Positions 14,380 through 23,597 of a stretch of 40,000 nt of DNA are shown here, one piece after another. A program made the translations under genes and the position numbers. Under the pieces are notes generated by a model. That model was given only the letters and a program-made list of their open reading frames with translations, was not told the origin of the DNA and did no database searches. This DNA is from Lachnospiraceae bacterium. Its GTDB lineage: Bacteria; Bacillota; Clostridia; Lachnospirales; Lachnospiraceae. The stretch is from NCBI GenBank assembly GCA_017408735.1, contig JAFQUB010000041.1, positions 89,373 to 129,372 on the forward strand. The letters are read 5' to 3'. Each line of letters begins with the position of its first letter. Position 1 is the stretch's first letter.

Positions 14380-15768
14380 TTGGAATTAGAAGTGATGAAA
14401 GTATTAATAAAGAAATATGAGCCGGGACATGTAGGATTTATGTTAAAGGCAGAAAAGGCAGAACGATATTACCGGAATGAAACAGATGTACTTTTTCAGA
14501 AAAAAGAAGATGAAGAAGGGAATGTACTTAGAAATGCTGATAACAGAATACCAAGAAACTTTCATGGTTTAATAGTAAATCAAAAAGCTTCCTATGCATT
14601 CACTGTACCACCGCTATTTGACGTAGGGAATAATGCCGCAAATAAGCAGATTGCAGAGGTTCTTGGGGACGAATATGCTAAAAATTGCATGGAACTATGT
14701 GTAAACGCTGCCAATGCTACAGTAGGGTGGGTTCATTACTGGGAAACAGATGAAGGTTTTGAATGGGCGGTAGTGGACAGCAAGCAGATTATTCCAATAT
14801 GGGATAAGAGCCTTAAAAAGAGGCTTATAGGTGTAGTTAGAGTATATCCGGAAATTGATGAACAGACAGGAGATATATACGCAATATATGAGTATTGGAA
14901 TGAAAAGGAGTGTCAGGCGTTTAGGAGAAACACGGAACAGACGATTGATGGATTGGAATTGTATTATATGTTCTATGAGCCATCTTCGGGTGAAATGATA
15001 GCGCAATATTCCCACAACTATGGAAAAGTGCCATTTATCCCATTTTTTAACAACAATATCCGCACGGATGATTTAAAAAATATAAAGCCACTGATAGACG
15101 TATACGACAAGGTCTACAGTGGCTTTATTAATGACCTTGACGATATTCAGGAACTAATCTTTGTGTTATCCGGATATGGCGGAACAGAATTAAACGGATT
15201 CCTACAGGATTTGAAAAAATACAAAACCATAAAACTGGATGAAGATGCAGAACATCCAGGAGTAAGTACCTTAAACATTGAAATTCCAATAGAGGCAAGA
15301 AACAGCGTGCTGGAAGCTACCAGAAAAGCCATATTTGAACAGGGACAGGGCTATGATCCACAGCCGGAGAGTTTTGGTAATCAGTCAGGAGAAGCATTGA
15401 AGTTTATGTATTCTCTGTTGGAAATGAAAGTTGGATTAATGGAAACAGAGTTCAGATTAGGCTTTGCAAAACTTGTAAGAGCCGTTTGTAGGCATAAAGG
15501 AATAGAATGTGGGACTATCCGGCAAACATGGACCAGAACACGAATAAAGAATGAAACTGAGCTGGTAAATATGTGCAAGAATAGTGTGGGTATCGTAAGT
15601 AAGAAGACAATTCTTGCAAATCACCCGCTTGTAGAAAATGTAGAAGAAGAATTGAAACAGATTGCGAAAGAAGAACAGGAAGAACAGGAAAAGTCGCAAG
15701 TATATGCAGAAGCTTTCAAAGCTGATAATAAAGAACAAGACGGAGGTGAAACAAATGCAGAAGATTAG
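14380..15768 (+). CDS. Portal protein (SPP1 gp6-like)
   Basis: 462 aa, located directly after terL, with an acidic C-terminal tail. The overall pattern fits SPP1-family portals. Confidence 0.85.
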   Translation: MELEVMKVLIKKYEPGHVGFMLKAEKAERYYRNETDVLFQKKEDEEGNVLRNADNRIPRNFHGLIVNQKASYAFTVPPLFDVGNNAANKQIAEVLGDEYAKNCMELCVNAANATVGWVHYWETDEGFEWAVVDSKQIIPIWDKSLKKRLIGVVRVYPEIDEQTGDIYAIYEYWNEKECQAFRRNTEQTIDGLELYYMFYEPSSGEMIAQYSHNYGKVPFIPFFNNNIRTDDLKNIKPLIDVYDKVYSGFINDLDDIQELIFVLSGYGGTELNGFLQDLKKYKTIKLDEDAEHPGVSTLNIEIPIEARNSVLEATRKAIFEQGQGYDPQPESFGNQSGEALKFMYSLLEMKVGLMETEFRLGFAKLVRAVCRHKGIECGTIRQTWTRTRIKNETELVNMCKNSVGIVSKKTILANHPLVENVEEELKQIAKEEQEEQEKSQVYAEAFKADNKEQDGGETNAED

Positions 15769-16114
15769 CATTCTTGGAACAGAGTATGCAATTGAAATTC
15801 ATAAAGTATCTGAGGATAATTTTATGAAAGATAATAGATATGCAGGATATTGTTGTGAAGAAAGCAAACTGATTGTAATAGCCGATATGTCAGAAAAAGG
15901 ATATTTCCCTGATATGAGCGAAAAGGAACAGGAAAATTACAAGAAAAGAACACTTAGACATGAATTAATACACGCATTCTTGAATGAATCGGGATTATCT
16001 GATAGTGCAAGTGTTCCGAATTGTTCTTGGGCAAAATATGAAGAAATGGTAGATTGGATTGCAATACAGCTTCCTAAAATCTTAAATGCATGTAGAGAGC
16101 TGGGGTGCATTTAA
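15755..16114 (+). CDS. Small HExxH zinc-metallopeptidase-like protein
   Basis: GGAGGTGAAACAA RBS precedes ATG 15755, internal to track ORF 15662..16114. Has the RTLRHELIHAFLNESG (HExxH) motif. Confidence 0.5.
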   Translation: MQKISILGTEYAIEIHKVSEDNFMKDNRYAGYCCEESKLIVIADMSEKGYFPDMSEKEQENYKKRTLRHELIHAFLNESGLSDSASVPNCSWAKYEEMVDWIAIQLPKILNACRELGCI

Positions 16115-17646
16115 TGAAAAATGCAGAATACTGGAGAAAGCGTTCTGAGGCGGTAGAAGCACAGTTACACCAAAAGAGTGAAGAATATTACAGAGAAGCA
16201 GAAAAACAGTTCAAAAAGGCTGAAAAGCAGATTGCGGATGATATTGAAAAGTGGTACGCAAGACTTGCAGATAACAACGATATAGGCTTAGCAGAAGCGA
16301 GGAAGTTCTTGGATGCGGATGAACTGGAAGAATTTAAGTGGACTGTAGAAGAATACATAAAACGCGGAAAAGAAAATGGAGTGAGCAAAGACTGGACAAA
16401 AGAACTGGAGAATGCATCTGCCAAATACCATATTCGAAGGCTAGAAGCTATACAGTTACAAATCCGGCAAGAATGCGAAATGCTTTACAATGAATTACAG
16501 ACCGGAATAGAGGAACACCTTGGCAATATCTACACAGAAGCCTATCACAGAACAGTATTTGAAATCCAAAAGGGGCTAGGGGTTGTCACGACCTTTGCAA
16601 CTATAGATGACAGACGAATACGAACAGTATTGGATACTTGCTGGGCAGCGGATGGAAAAACATTTAGTAATCGCATTTGGCAGAACAAAACGAGCCTAAT
16701 GAACGAATTAAATACGATTCTAACGCAGAGTGTTATTAGAGGCGAGAATCCGGGTAATTACATTTCAACTCTTGCAAAAAAGATGAAGACTTCAAGAGTG
16801 AATGCAAGCAGGCTGATTTATACGGAATCTGCCTTTGTGGCAGCTCAGGCGGATAAAGATTGCTACAAGGACCTTGGGGTAAAAGAATTTGAGTTCCTAG
16901 CCACATTAGACAGTCATACATCGGAAATTTGCCGAGAAATGGATGGGCAACACTTTCCAATGAGCGAATACAAGATAGGTGTAAATGCACCGCCACTTCA
17001 TCCTCATTGCCGTTCAACTACATGCCCATATTTCAACGATGAATTTACCATCGGAGAAGAAAGAATTGCCAGAGATGAAAATGGTAATACATATAACGTG
17101 CCAGCAGATATGACATATAAGGAATGGAGAGAGGAATATGTTCAGGATTCTATTTCTGGTGAAACAAAGAGATTATACACTAAATATCAAGAAATTTTAG
17201 GCGATAAGACACCAAGCATTGAAGAATTTGCAAAAATACGTTATAATGCAAATGAATGGAAACAATTCAAAGCCTACACATCATCAATCAAAACAGGGGA
17301 ATTGACACCACTGGCAGACTTTGAATTGTATAAAAATATTAGTAAGCAGATGGACGAGTTGCTTGTTGGAGCTTTGTCCAATACGGGTGTAAAAATTACA
17401 GGAAAATCAAATCATTCTATTGCAAGGGTGATTGGTTCAATAGAACAGAGAAGAAACGGAGTATCCGTAAAGGATGTTCTGGATGCATTGACAAATAAAG
17501 ATTCTGAAATATTACCTGTTAAGGTGCTGAAAAATGGTAAAAGTCAGAAATTTAGAAATGGCATAGTTGAAGTTTCCGTCAACCCTGATACAGGCAATAT
17601 CATTCAGGTAAACCCAGTGCATTCAAGAAAGAAGGTGAAATCATGA
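16114..17646 (+). CDS. Head morphogenesis protein (Mu F / SPP1 gp7 family) with extra C-terminal DUF4258/toxin-like domain; alternative GTG start at 16105
   Basis: MuF signature LATLDSHTSEICREMDGQHF...PPLHPHCRSTTCPY. About 200 further residues end in GKSNHSIARVIGSIEQRRNGVSVKDVLDAL....VEVSVNPDTGNIIQV. Confidence 0.85.
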   Translation: MKNAEYWRKRSEAVEAQLHQKSEEYYREAEKQFKKAEKQIADDIEKWYARLADNNDIGLAEARKFLDADELEEFKWTVEEYIKRGKENGVSKDWTKELENASAKYHIRRLEAIQLQIRQECEMLYNELQTGIEEHLGNIYTEAYHRTVFEIQKGLGVVTTFATIDDRRIRTVLDTCWAADGKTFSNRIWQNKTSLMNELNTILTQSVIRGENPGNYISTLAKKMKTSRVNASRLIYTESAFVAAQADKDCYKDLGVKEFEFLATLDSHTSEICREMDGQHFPMSEYKIGVNAPPLHPHCRSTTCPYFNDEFTIGEERIARDENGNTYNVPADMTYKEWREEYVQDSISGETKRLYTKYQEILGDKTPSIEEFAKIRYNANEWKQFKAYTSSIKTGELTPLADFELYKNISKQMDELLVGALSNTGVKITGKSNHSIARVIGSIEQRRNGVSVKDVLDALTNKDSEILPVKVLKNGKSQKFRNGIVEVSVNPDTGNIIQVNPVHSRKKVKS

Positions 17647-17846
17647 TTATTAAGGATGAGCAAATTGAAGTATTGAAGCCATGTATTGAAAATATCGCGG
17701 AACTTGTCGAAAAAGGTGATGTTCAAGAAGTACTAAATGCCATCGATGATGTCATTGTTGATAATATTCTTGGTAACAATGATGAACCTGATGAAGAGGG
17801 CATTAAACTTCAAAAGATTTATGATGAAATAGATAAACAGAATTGA
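17643..17846 (+). CDS. Small very acidic protein (67 aa), immunity-like partner of the MuF C-terminal domain
   Basis: ATGA translational coupling to the MuF gene. It is Asp/Glu-rich and followed directly by a terminator. Confidence 0.55.
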   Translation: MIIKDEQIEVLKPCIENIAELVEKGDVQEVLNAIDDVIVDNILGNNDEPDEEGIKLQKIYDEIDKQN

Positions 17847-17879
17847 TACCACCAGTCATTAGGCTAGGTGGTATTTTTA
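17846..17879 (+). terminator. Intrinsic terminator
   Basis: ATACCACC / GGTGGTAT 8-bp stem, 13-nt loop, T-run at 17874-17878. Confidence 0.7.
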
Positions 17880-17895
17880 TACCCAAAATTCAAAA

Positions 17896-17911
17896 GTTGC
17901 ACCAGTGCAAC
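17896..17911. repeat. Palindrome copy P4, GTTGCACCAGTGCAAC (one mismatch)
   Basis: 15/16 match. Intergenic, 17 nt after the terminator and about 205 nt upstream of the scaffold gene. Confidence 0.85.
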
Positions 17912-18118
17912 AAACCCGATAATAGCAGAATCACTGAAAATCTATGAACCGAACAGTGTAGAGGTGACACCAAGTAGGCTCCTTCGGTGGTTCTGTTTTT
18001 ATATTGTCCAAAGCCTCAAGACGCTTAAAAGGTCGGTAATATGCCTAGTGCAGGGCACCTAAACAGCACACTGTCGTGGAGACACCACATTTAAAAATGG
18101 TACAGAGAAAGGAAAGAT

Positions 18119-18778
18119 ATGGAGTTTTTAAAAGAAGTATTAGGAGAGGAACTTTACAAACAGGTAGAAACAGCAGTAAATGCCCACAATGGCAATCCGG
18201 AAAATAAAGACAAGCAGGTAAAACTTGCAAATCTTTCTACTGGACAGTATGTGGACAAAGGAAAGTATGACACCGTTGTTGCAGAAAAAGGTAATCTGGA
18301 AGGACAGATAAGTACACTGAACACCACAATATCTAACATGAAAAAAGATAACAAAGACAATGAAGAATTGCAAACCACAATTACTAATTTGCAGACAGAG
18401 CTGACAAAGCAGCAGAAAGCAAACGAGGAAATTTCTAAGACTTATGCCCTAAAAGAACAGCTCTCCAAGGCCGGTGTGATAGATGCAGATTATCTTATTT
18501 ACAAGCATGGCGGTATTGATAAGTTTACTTTTGACAAAGAAAACAAGCCGGTAGGTGTAGAAGACGCCATTAAGTCATACAAAGAAGATGCAACTATGGC
18601 GCATCTGTTCAAACAGGAATCTGGAAAACCACCATACAACCCTAAAGGCGGTAACGGAGGTGGAGCCGTTAATCCGTTTGCAAAGGAAACCTACAATCTT
18701 ACTAAGCAGGGAGAATTATTAAAGAATAATCCGGAAGAAGCTCGCAGACTTGCGGCAGCGGCTGGATTAGTCATTTAA
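18119..18778 (+). CDS. Scaffolding protein (GP20-like)
   Basis: MEFLKEVLGEELYKQVETAV...KLANLSTGQYVDKGKYD plus a coiled-coil centre. Positioned just before the capsid gene. Confidence 0.75.
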   Translation: MEFLKEVLGEELYKQVETAVNAHNGNPENKDKQVKLANLSTGQYVDKGKYDTVVAEKGNLEGQISTLNTTISNMKKDNKDNEELQTTITNLQTELTKQQKANEEISKTYALKEQLSKAGVIDADYLIYKHGGIDKFTFDKENKPVGVEDAIKSYKEDATMAHLFKQESGKPPYNPKGGNGGGAVNPFAKETYNLTKQGELLKNNPEEARRLAAAAGLVI

Positions 18779-18797
18779 GGAAGAGAGGTAAAAAGAC

Positions 18798-19736
18798 ATG
18801 AAAACAAAAATTAGTGATGTTATTGTGCCAGAGGTGTTTAATCCTTATGTGGTACAGAGAACAATGAAATTATCCGCACTGTATAACAGTGGAATTATTT
18901 CAAATAATCCGGAATTAGACAAACTTGCATCTTCCGGCGGAACAACAATCAATATGCCATATTGGGAGGACTTGGATGGTGAGGATGAAGTGCTTACTGA
19001 TGATGGGGCGTTAACACCGGGTAAAATCACGGCTGGTCAGGACGTTGCAGTTCTCTTGATGCGTGGTAAAGCGTGGAGTGCAAATGATTTAGCAAAAGCG
19101 TTATCTGGAAGTGACCCGATGGCGGCAATCGGAGATTTGGTTGCAGAATACAGGGCAAGACGTATGCAAACAACCCTCATTAATGTGTTGAATGGCGCCT
19201 TTGGTGCTGAAAACATGACAAATAAGGTGCTGGACATTAGTGCGAAGACAGCGAGTGCAATTAATGGAGAAACCTTCCTTGATGCATTACAGCTTATGGG
19301 AGATGCCAAAGATAAATTAACAGGTGTAATTATGCATTCGGCAACAGAAACTCAGTTAAGAAAGAATAATCTTATTCAGACCGAATTGGACTCCAACAAT
19401 AAGCCAATTTCCTTATTTATGGAAAAGAGAGTTATTGTTGATGATTCCTGTCCTTACTCTGATGGAACTTATACGACTTACTTATTTGGGCAGGGAGCAA
19501 TTGGACTTGGAAATGGTGCGGCGCCAGTACCAACTGAGACAGACAGAGATTCATTAGCAGGCGATGATATCCTTATTAACAGATGGCATAATATCTTACA
19601 TCCACGAGGTGTTAAATGGATCGGAAGTGCAGCGGGGTCTTCACCAACAAATGCGGAACTTGCCATTGGAACAAACTGGAGCAGAGTGTATGAAGATAAA
19701 GCTATTCGTATGGTTAAATTCGTTCACAAACTGTAA
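18798..19736 (+). CDS. Major capsid protein
   Basis: 312 aa after the scaffold gene, with a strong RBS (GGAAGAGAGG). The N-terminal VPEVFNPYV...SALYNSGII pattern is typical of this capsid family. Confidence 0.8.
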   Translation: MKTKISDVIVPEVFNPYVVQRTMKLSALYNSGIISNNPELDKLASSGGTTINMPYWEDLDGEDEVLTDDGALTPGKITAGQDVAVLLMRGKAWSANDLAKALSGSDPMAAIGDLVAEYRARRMQTTLINVLNGAFGAENMTNKVLDISAKTASAINGETFLDALQLMGDAKDKLTGVIMHSATETQLRKNNLIQTELDSNNKPISLFMEKRVIVDDSCPYSDGTYTTYLFGQGAIGLGNGAAPVPTETDRDSLAGDDILINRWHNILHPRGVKWIGSAAGSSPTNAELAIGTNWSRVYEDKAIRMVKFVHKL

Positions 19737-19749
19737 GGTAGGTGATTAG

Positions 19750-19878
19750 ATGAGTGCAACAGCGTTTCAGAGAAGAAGAAGAGAAGCTGCAAAGAAAGCG
19801 GCTGAGGCAGAAAAAGCAGCGGAACAGGAAAAAGAAGAGGTCGCAAAGAAAGCGGCTAAGACTTCAAAAAGCAAGTAG
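19750..19878 (+). CDS. Small Lys/Ala/Glu-rich protein (42 aa)
   Basis: GGTAGGTG precedes ATG 19750. Low-complexity sequence. Coding status is uncertain. Confidence 0.3.
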   Translation: MSATAFQRRRREAAKKAAEAEKAAEQEKEEVAKKAAKTSKSK

Positions 19879-19886
19879 GTGACATT

Positions 19887-20228
19887 ATGGAATTAGAAAC
19901 ATTAAAAGGTCTGCTAGGCATTTCGGAAGAAGATACTTCAAAAGATATATCCTTGCAGTTTATTATTTCTAATACAGAAGAAGCCATAGAAAACTACTGC
20001 AATATAGAAGAAGTTCCAGAAGGGCTTACAAACACAGCCTATCGTATGGCAATGGATATCTATCGGAATGAACAGCCTGGGGAAACAGAGAAACCTCAGG
20101 CTGTAAAATCCATTACAGTGGGAGATACAAGCACCAGTTTTGGAGATATAGCTTCTAGTGACTACACAGAGAGTATTTTGAAGAACTACACAAAGCAGTT
20201 AAACAGATACAGAAGGGTGGTTTTTTAG
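19887..20228 (+). CDS. Head-tail connector (gp6-like / DNA-packaging) protein
   Basis: LKGLLGISEEDTSKD..L.FII...EEAIENYCN pattern and position after the capsid gene. Confidence 0.7.
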   Translation: MELETLKGLLGISEEDTSKDISLQFIISNTEEAIENYCNIEEVPEGLTNTAYRMAMDIYRNEQPGETEKPQAVKSITVGDTSTSFGDIASSDYTESILKNYTKQLNRYRRVVF

Positions 20229-20590
20229 TGAATTTACACAGAAAAGTGATTGAACTTATGTATGAAGACAACTTAACAGTAACAGAGTATGTAAGCAAGA
20301 AAAATGAGAAAACCAAACTCATGGAACCGGAAGAAGTCGTTGTATTGGAAGAACAGCCTTGCAAATTGTCATATGAAAAGGTATCGCAGGCATCCCAAAG
20401 TGGTTCAACAGCAAATGTAGTTCAGGTAACAAAGATATTCCTTGCGCCAGAAGTACAAATTAAAGAGGGCTCAAAGATTACAGTTACCACCAAAGCCGGA
20501 ATAACAAAAGAGTATAAACAAAGTGGTATTCCGGCAATTTATCCTACACATCAAGAAGTTGTTTTGGAGGCGCTTGAAAGGTGGGCTTAA
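20228..20590 (+). CDS. Head closure / head-tail adaptor protein
   Basis: Size and position. GTG start overlaps the previous stop. Confidence 0.5.
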   Translation: MNLHRKVIELMYEDNLTVTEYVSKKNEKTKLMEPEEVVVLEEQPCKLSYEKVSQASQSGSTANVVQVTKIFLAPEVQIKEGSKITVTTKAGITKEYKQSGIPAIYPTHQEVVLEALERWA

Positions 20591-20591
20591 C

Positions 20592-21095
20592 ATGGCCAGA
20601 ATGGGAAGATTTGATATTAGCGGTCTAAGAGAGTTGGAAAGGCAGTTGCAGCAGACAGATGACCTTGTAGATGCGTTCTGTAGGGAATGTGCGAATGAAC
20701 TTGCGGCAAGGCTTTTGAGGAAGGTTAAAAAGAGAACACCGGTAGGAGATTACAGTGACACATGGGAACTAGAAGACGATGGAGAAAATAAATTTCTTGT
20801 AGAATCTGCAAGACAAGGCGGAGAACTCAGAAGGGCATGGAGTTGCGGAACGGTACAACATGTACAGGGAAATTATGTGGTGGAAGTAATAAATACAAAA
20901 GCATACGCATCGTATGTGGAGTTTGGACATAGGCAGACACCCGGACGGTATGTGCCGGCGATTGATGCTAAATTGAAAAAAGCATGGGTTCCGGGACGAT
21001 TCATGCTAACTATTTCCGAAAACGAAATAAAGCAAATTGCACCAGCTCTATTGGAACAAAAAATACAACGATTCTTAGGAGGGTGCTTCAGATGA
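20592..21095 (+). CDS. HK97 gp10-family tail-connector protein
   Basis: Internal ATG 20592. Pattern: L..L...AR.LL.KVKKRTPV..G.LRR.W......YASYVEFG. Confidence 0.7.
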   Translation: MARMGRFDISGLRELERQLQQTDDLVDAFCRECANELAARLLRKVKKRTPVGDYSDTWELEDDGENKFLVESARQGGELRRAWSCGTVQHVQGNYVVEVINTKAYASYVEFGHRQTPGRYVPAIDAKLKKAWVPGRFMLTISENEIKQIAPALLEQKIQRFLGGCFR

Positions 21096-21526
21096 CAAAT
21101 GACTTAATGAGCTGTATTGGCAATGCACTTGACAAAGAATTTGGCTATGAAATTTATATGGAAGAAATCAAGCAAGGTTTAAAAGAGCCTTGTTTTTTTC
21201 TTACCCTTTTGGACAGTTCCACAAAAATTGTGGTAGGAAAAAGATATGAGAAAAGAAATCAGATATGCATTCAATACTTTCCGGAAACAGGCAAAATACA
21301 ACAGGAATGTAATGAGGTAGCCGAAAGACTTACCCTGCGCTTGGAATACATAAAGGATGAAGAGGGTGGATTTCTGCATGGAACAGATATGCACTATCAG
21401 GTTACAGATGGAATTCTGAATTTCTTTGTGAATTATAACTTCCACGTATTTAAGCGAACAGTACAGGAAGAACCAATGCAGAAAATTACCATAAAGACAG
21501 AATTTGGAGGTGAACGAAATGAGTGA
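21092..21526 (+). CDS. Tail completion/terminator-like protein
   Basis: ATGA overlap. Assigned by position before the sheath gene in the PBSX-type layout. Confidence 0.5.
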   Translation: MTNDLMSCIGNALDKEFGYEIYMEEIKQGLKEPCFFLTLLDSSTKIVVGKRYEKRNQICIQYFPETGKIQQECNEVAERLTLRLEYIKDEEGGFLHGTDMHYQVTDGILNFFVNYNFHVFKRTVQEEPMQKITIKTEFGGERNE

Positions 21527-21719
21527 AACAGCAGAAAAGACGGAAAAGGTTTCAACCAAGAAGGAAACAACAAAGTATCAGAAGGAAAGTATTATCAAAT
21601 CTGAAAAATACAAAAACAGAGCTGATATTTTAAATGTTTTGCTAGAAGATGGAAAAACATACGACCTTGAAACCGTAGACAAAACAATTGAAAAATTCAT
21701 GAAAGGAAAGGTGAAGTAA
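21519..21719 (+). CDS. Small hypothetical structural-module protein
   Basis: GGAGGTGAACGAA RBS precedes ATG 21519. It ends one nt before the sheath ATG. Confidence 0.5.
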   Translation: MSETAEKTEKVSTKKETTKYQKESIIKSEKYKNRADILNVLLEDGKTYDLETVDKTIEKFMKGKVK

Positions 21720-23036
21720 ATGTCTTTAGGTGGAGGAAATTTTACATTCCAGAATAAGGTAGTGCCGGGGGCTTATATCAACGTGGTATCAGCCGCTTCT
21801 GTAAGTACAGAGGCACAGGAACGTGGTTATACAGCCATGGCATTACCGTTAAACTGGGGTGCAGATGACAAAATCATAACGATTACGGCAGAGGATTTTT
21901 TGAAAAACAGTAGAAAAATTCTTGGTTATGCGTACACAGCGGATGGAATGAAAGGGCTGAGAGATTTATTCCGAAATGCCACTGTATTGTATTTATACAA
22001 GCTCACAAGTGGCGGAGAAAAAGCTTCTTGTGATTTAGCAGAGGCGGTGTGCTGTGGAACAAGAGGAAATGATTTAAAGATTGTTGTAACAGCAAACGTA
22101 GATATCAGCGGAGCTTATAATGTAAGTACTTACTTGGAAACAACTTTGGTAGATGAACAGACAGTAACGGAAATGTCGGAATTGGTTGCAAATGATTACG
22201 TTGCCTTCAAAGCAGATGCGATATTGACAGAAACAGCCGGAATGAACCTTACCGGGGGAACAAACGGAACAGTAGATGGCGCTTCACATCAGGCATTTTT
22301 GGATAAAATCGAAAGTTTTACAAATGTAAATGCAATCGGAGCAGTTACCACAGACGAAACCGTAAAATCCCTTTACGCCGCCTTTACAAAGCGTTTAAGG
22401 GACAATGTAGGCGTAAAGTTCCAGACGGTTCTTTACAAAAGTCCTTCGGATTTTGAAGGAATTGTAAATGAAAAAAATAAGGCGCTGAATATTGGAGAAG
22501 ATGAAAGTGAAGCAGCTCTTGTCTATTGGACAACAGGAGTAATTGCCTCCTGTGCCGTAAATGCATCCAATACGAACAAGATTTACGATGGTGAGTATGA
22601 GGTGGAAGCAACTTTCACACAAACAGAACTGGAGCAGGCAATTAAGGCAGGAGAATTCACACTGCATCAGGTTGGTTCTGATATTAGAGTGTTAAAGGAT
22701 ATCAATTCCCTTGTAACCACTACAGCGGATAAGGGAGAAATCTTTAAATCCAATCAGACTATCCGTGTGGTAGACCAGATTGCGACAGACATTGCCCGGA
22801 TTTTCAATACCAAGTATCTGGGAGTAACACCAAATGATGCAGACGGACGCACCGGACTGTGGAATGATATTGTAAATCATCATCAGAATTTGCTCCGTAT
22901 TAGAGCGATTGAAAATTTCTCGTCCAAAGACGTGACCGTGGAACAGGGAGAAACCAAGCAGTCTGTAGTGGTAACTGATAACATTACTGTAGTAAATGCC
23001 ATGGAACAGCTTTACATGACAGTAACAGTATCTTAG
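21720..23036 (+). CDS. Tail sheath protein (XkdK-like)
   Basis: N-terminal GGGNFTFQNKVVPGAYINV is characteristic. 438 aa, followed by the tube gene. Confidence 0.9.
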   Translation: MSLGGGNFTFQNKVVPGAYINVVSAASVSTEAQERGYTAMALPLNWGADDKIITITAEDFLKNSRKILGYAYTADGMKGLRDLFRNATVLYLYKLTSGGEKASCDLAEAVCCGTRGNDLKIVVTANVDISGAYNVSTYLETTLVDEQTVTEMSELVANDYVAFKADAILTETAGMNLTGGTNGTVDGASHQAFLDKIESFTNVNAIGAVTTDETVKSLYAAFTKRLRDNVGVKFQTVLYKSPSDFEGIVNEKNKALNIGEDESEAALVYWTTGVIASCAVNASNTNKIYDGEYEVEATFTQTELEQAIKAGEFTLHQVGSDIRVLKDINSLVTTTADKGEIFKSNQTIRVVDQIATDIARIFNTKYLGVTPNDADGRTGLWNDIVNHHQNLLRIRAIENFSSKDVTVEQGETKQSVVVTDNITVVNAMEQLYMTVTVS

Positions 23037-23049
23037 GAGGTGTAAAATC

Positions 23050-23538
23050 ATGAGTGAAACGGTACAGGTATATATGAAAGCGGCAGACACGCTTTTTGCT
23101 TCCATGGCAAGATGTTACATAGTAATTGGAGATAAACGTTACAATTTTATGAACATGATTAACATGGAAGTTACTTTTAAAAAGAATAAAGTAGCTGTTG
23201 CTATTCTTGGCAGAACCGGAAAAGGACATAAGTCTGCAGGATGGGAAGCTACAGGAAAAGGAAAAATGTATTACAACTCAACTGTAATGCGAAAAATGGC
23301 GGAGAATTACAAGAATACTGGCGAAGATGTTTATTTTGATATTCAGATTGTAAATGAGGATAAAGGTACATCGGTCGGCAAGCAGGAAATTCTTTTGAAA
23401 GATTGTAATCTGGACAGCTTAATTCTTGCAAAATTTGATGCAGACGGTGAACTTTTGGACGAGGATATCGAATTTACTGTAGATGACTTTGAAATAAAGG
23501 AAGGCTTCAAGGAATTGGCAGGAATGTTAGGAGAATAG
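23050..23538 (+). CDS. Tail tube protein (XkdM-like)
   Basis: 162 aa after the sheath gene. Pattern: A.CY..IGDKRYNFMN.IN.E..F.KNK..V.ILGRTGK. Confidence 0.85.
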   Translation: MSETVQVYMKAADTLFASMARCYIVIGDKRYNFMNMINMEVTFKKNKVAVAILGRTGKGHKSAGWEATGKGKMYYNSTVMRKMAENYKNTGEDVYFDIQIVNEDKGTSVGKQEILLKDCNLDSLILAKFDADGELLDEDIEFTVDDFEIKEGFKELAGMLGE

Positions 23539-23551
23539 TAGAAATGTTTAG

Positions 23552-23571
23552 AGAGCCACAGGCTCTTTTTT
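23552..23571 (+). terminator. Short hairpin with T-run after the tube gene (attenuator/terminator)
   Basis: AGAGCC-ACA-GGCTCT followed by TTTTTT. Confidence 0.5.
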
Positions 23572-23597
23572 AGTTGAAAAAATGGAGGATTAGAAAA

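Noticed and set aside
17868-18062. 64-aa ORF in the scaffold-gene leader
   Set aside because: It has no RBS, starts inside a terminator T-run, reads through the palindrome and has an implausible hydrophobic/Cys composition. The region is treated as non-coding.
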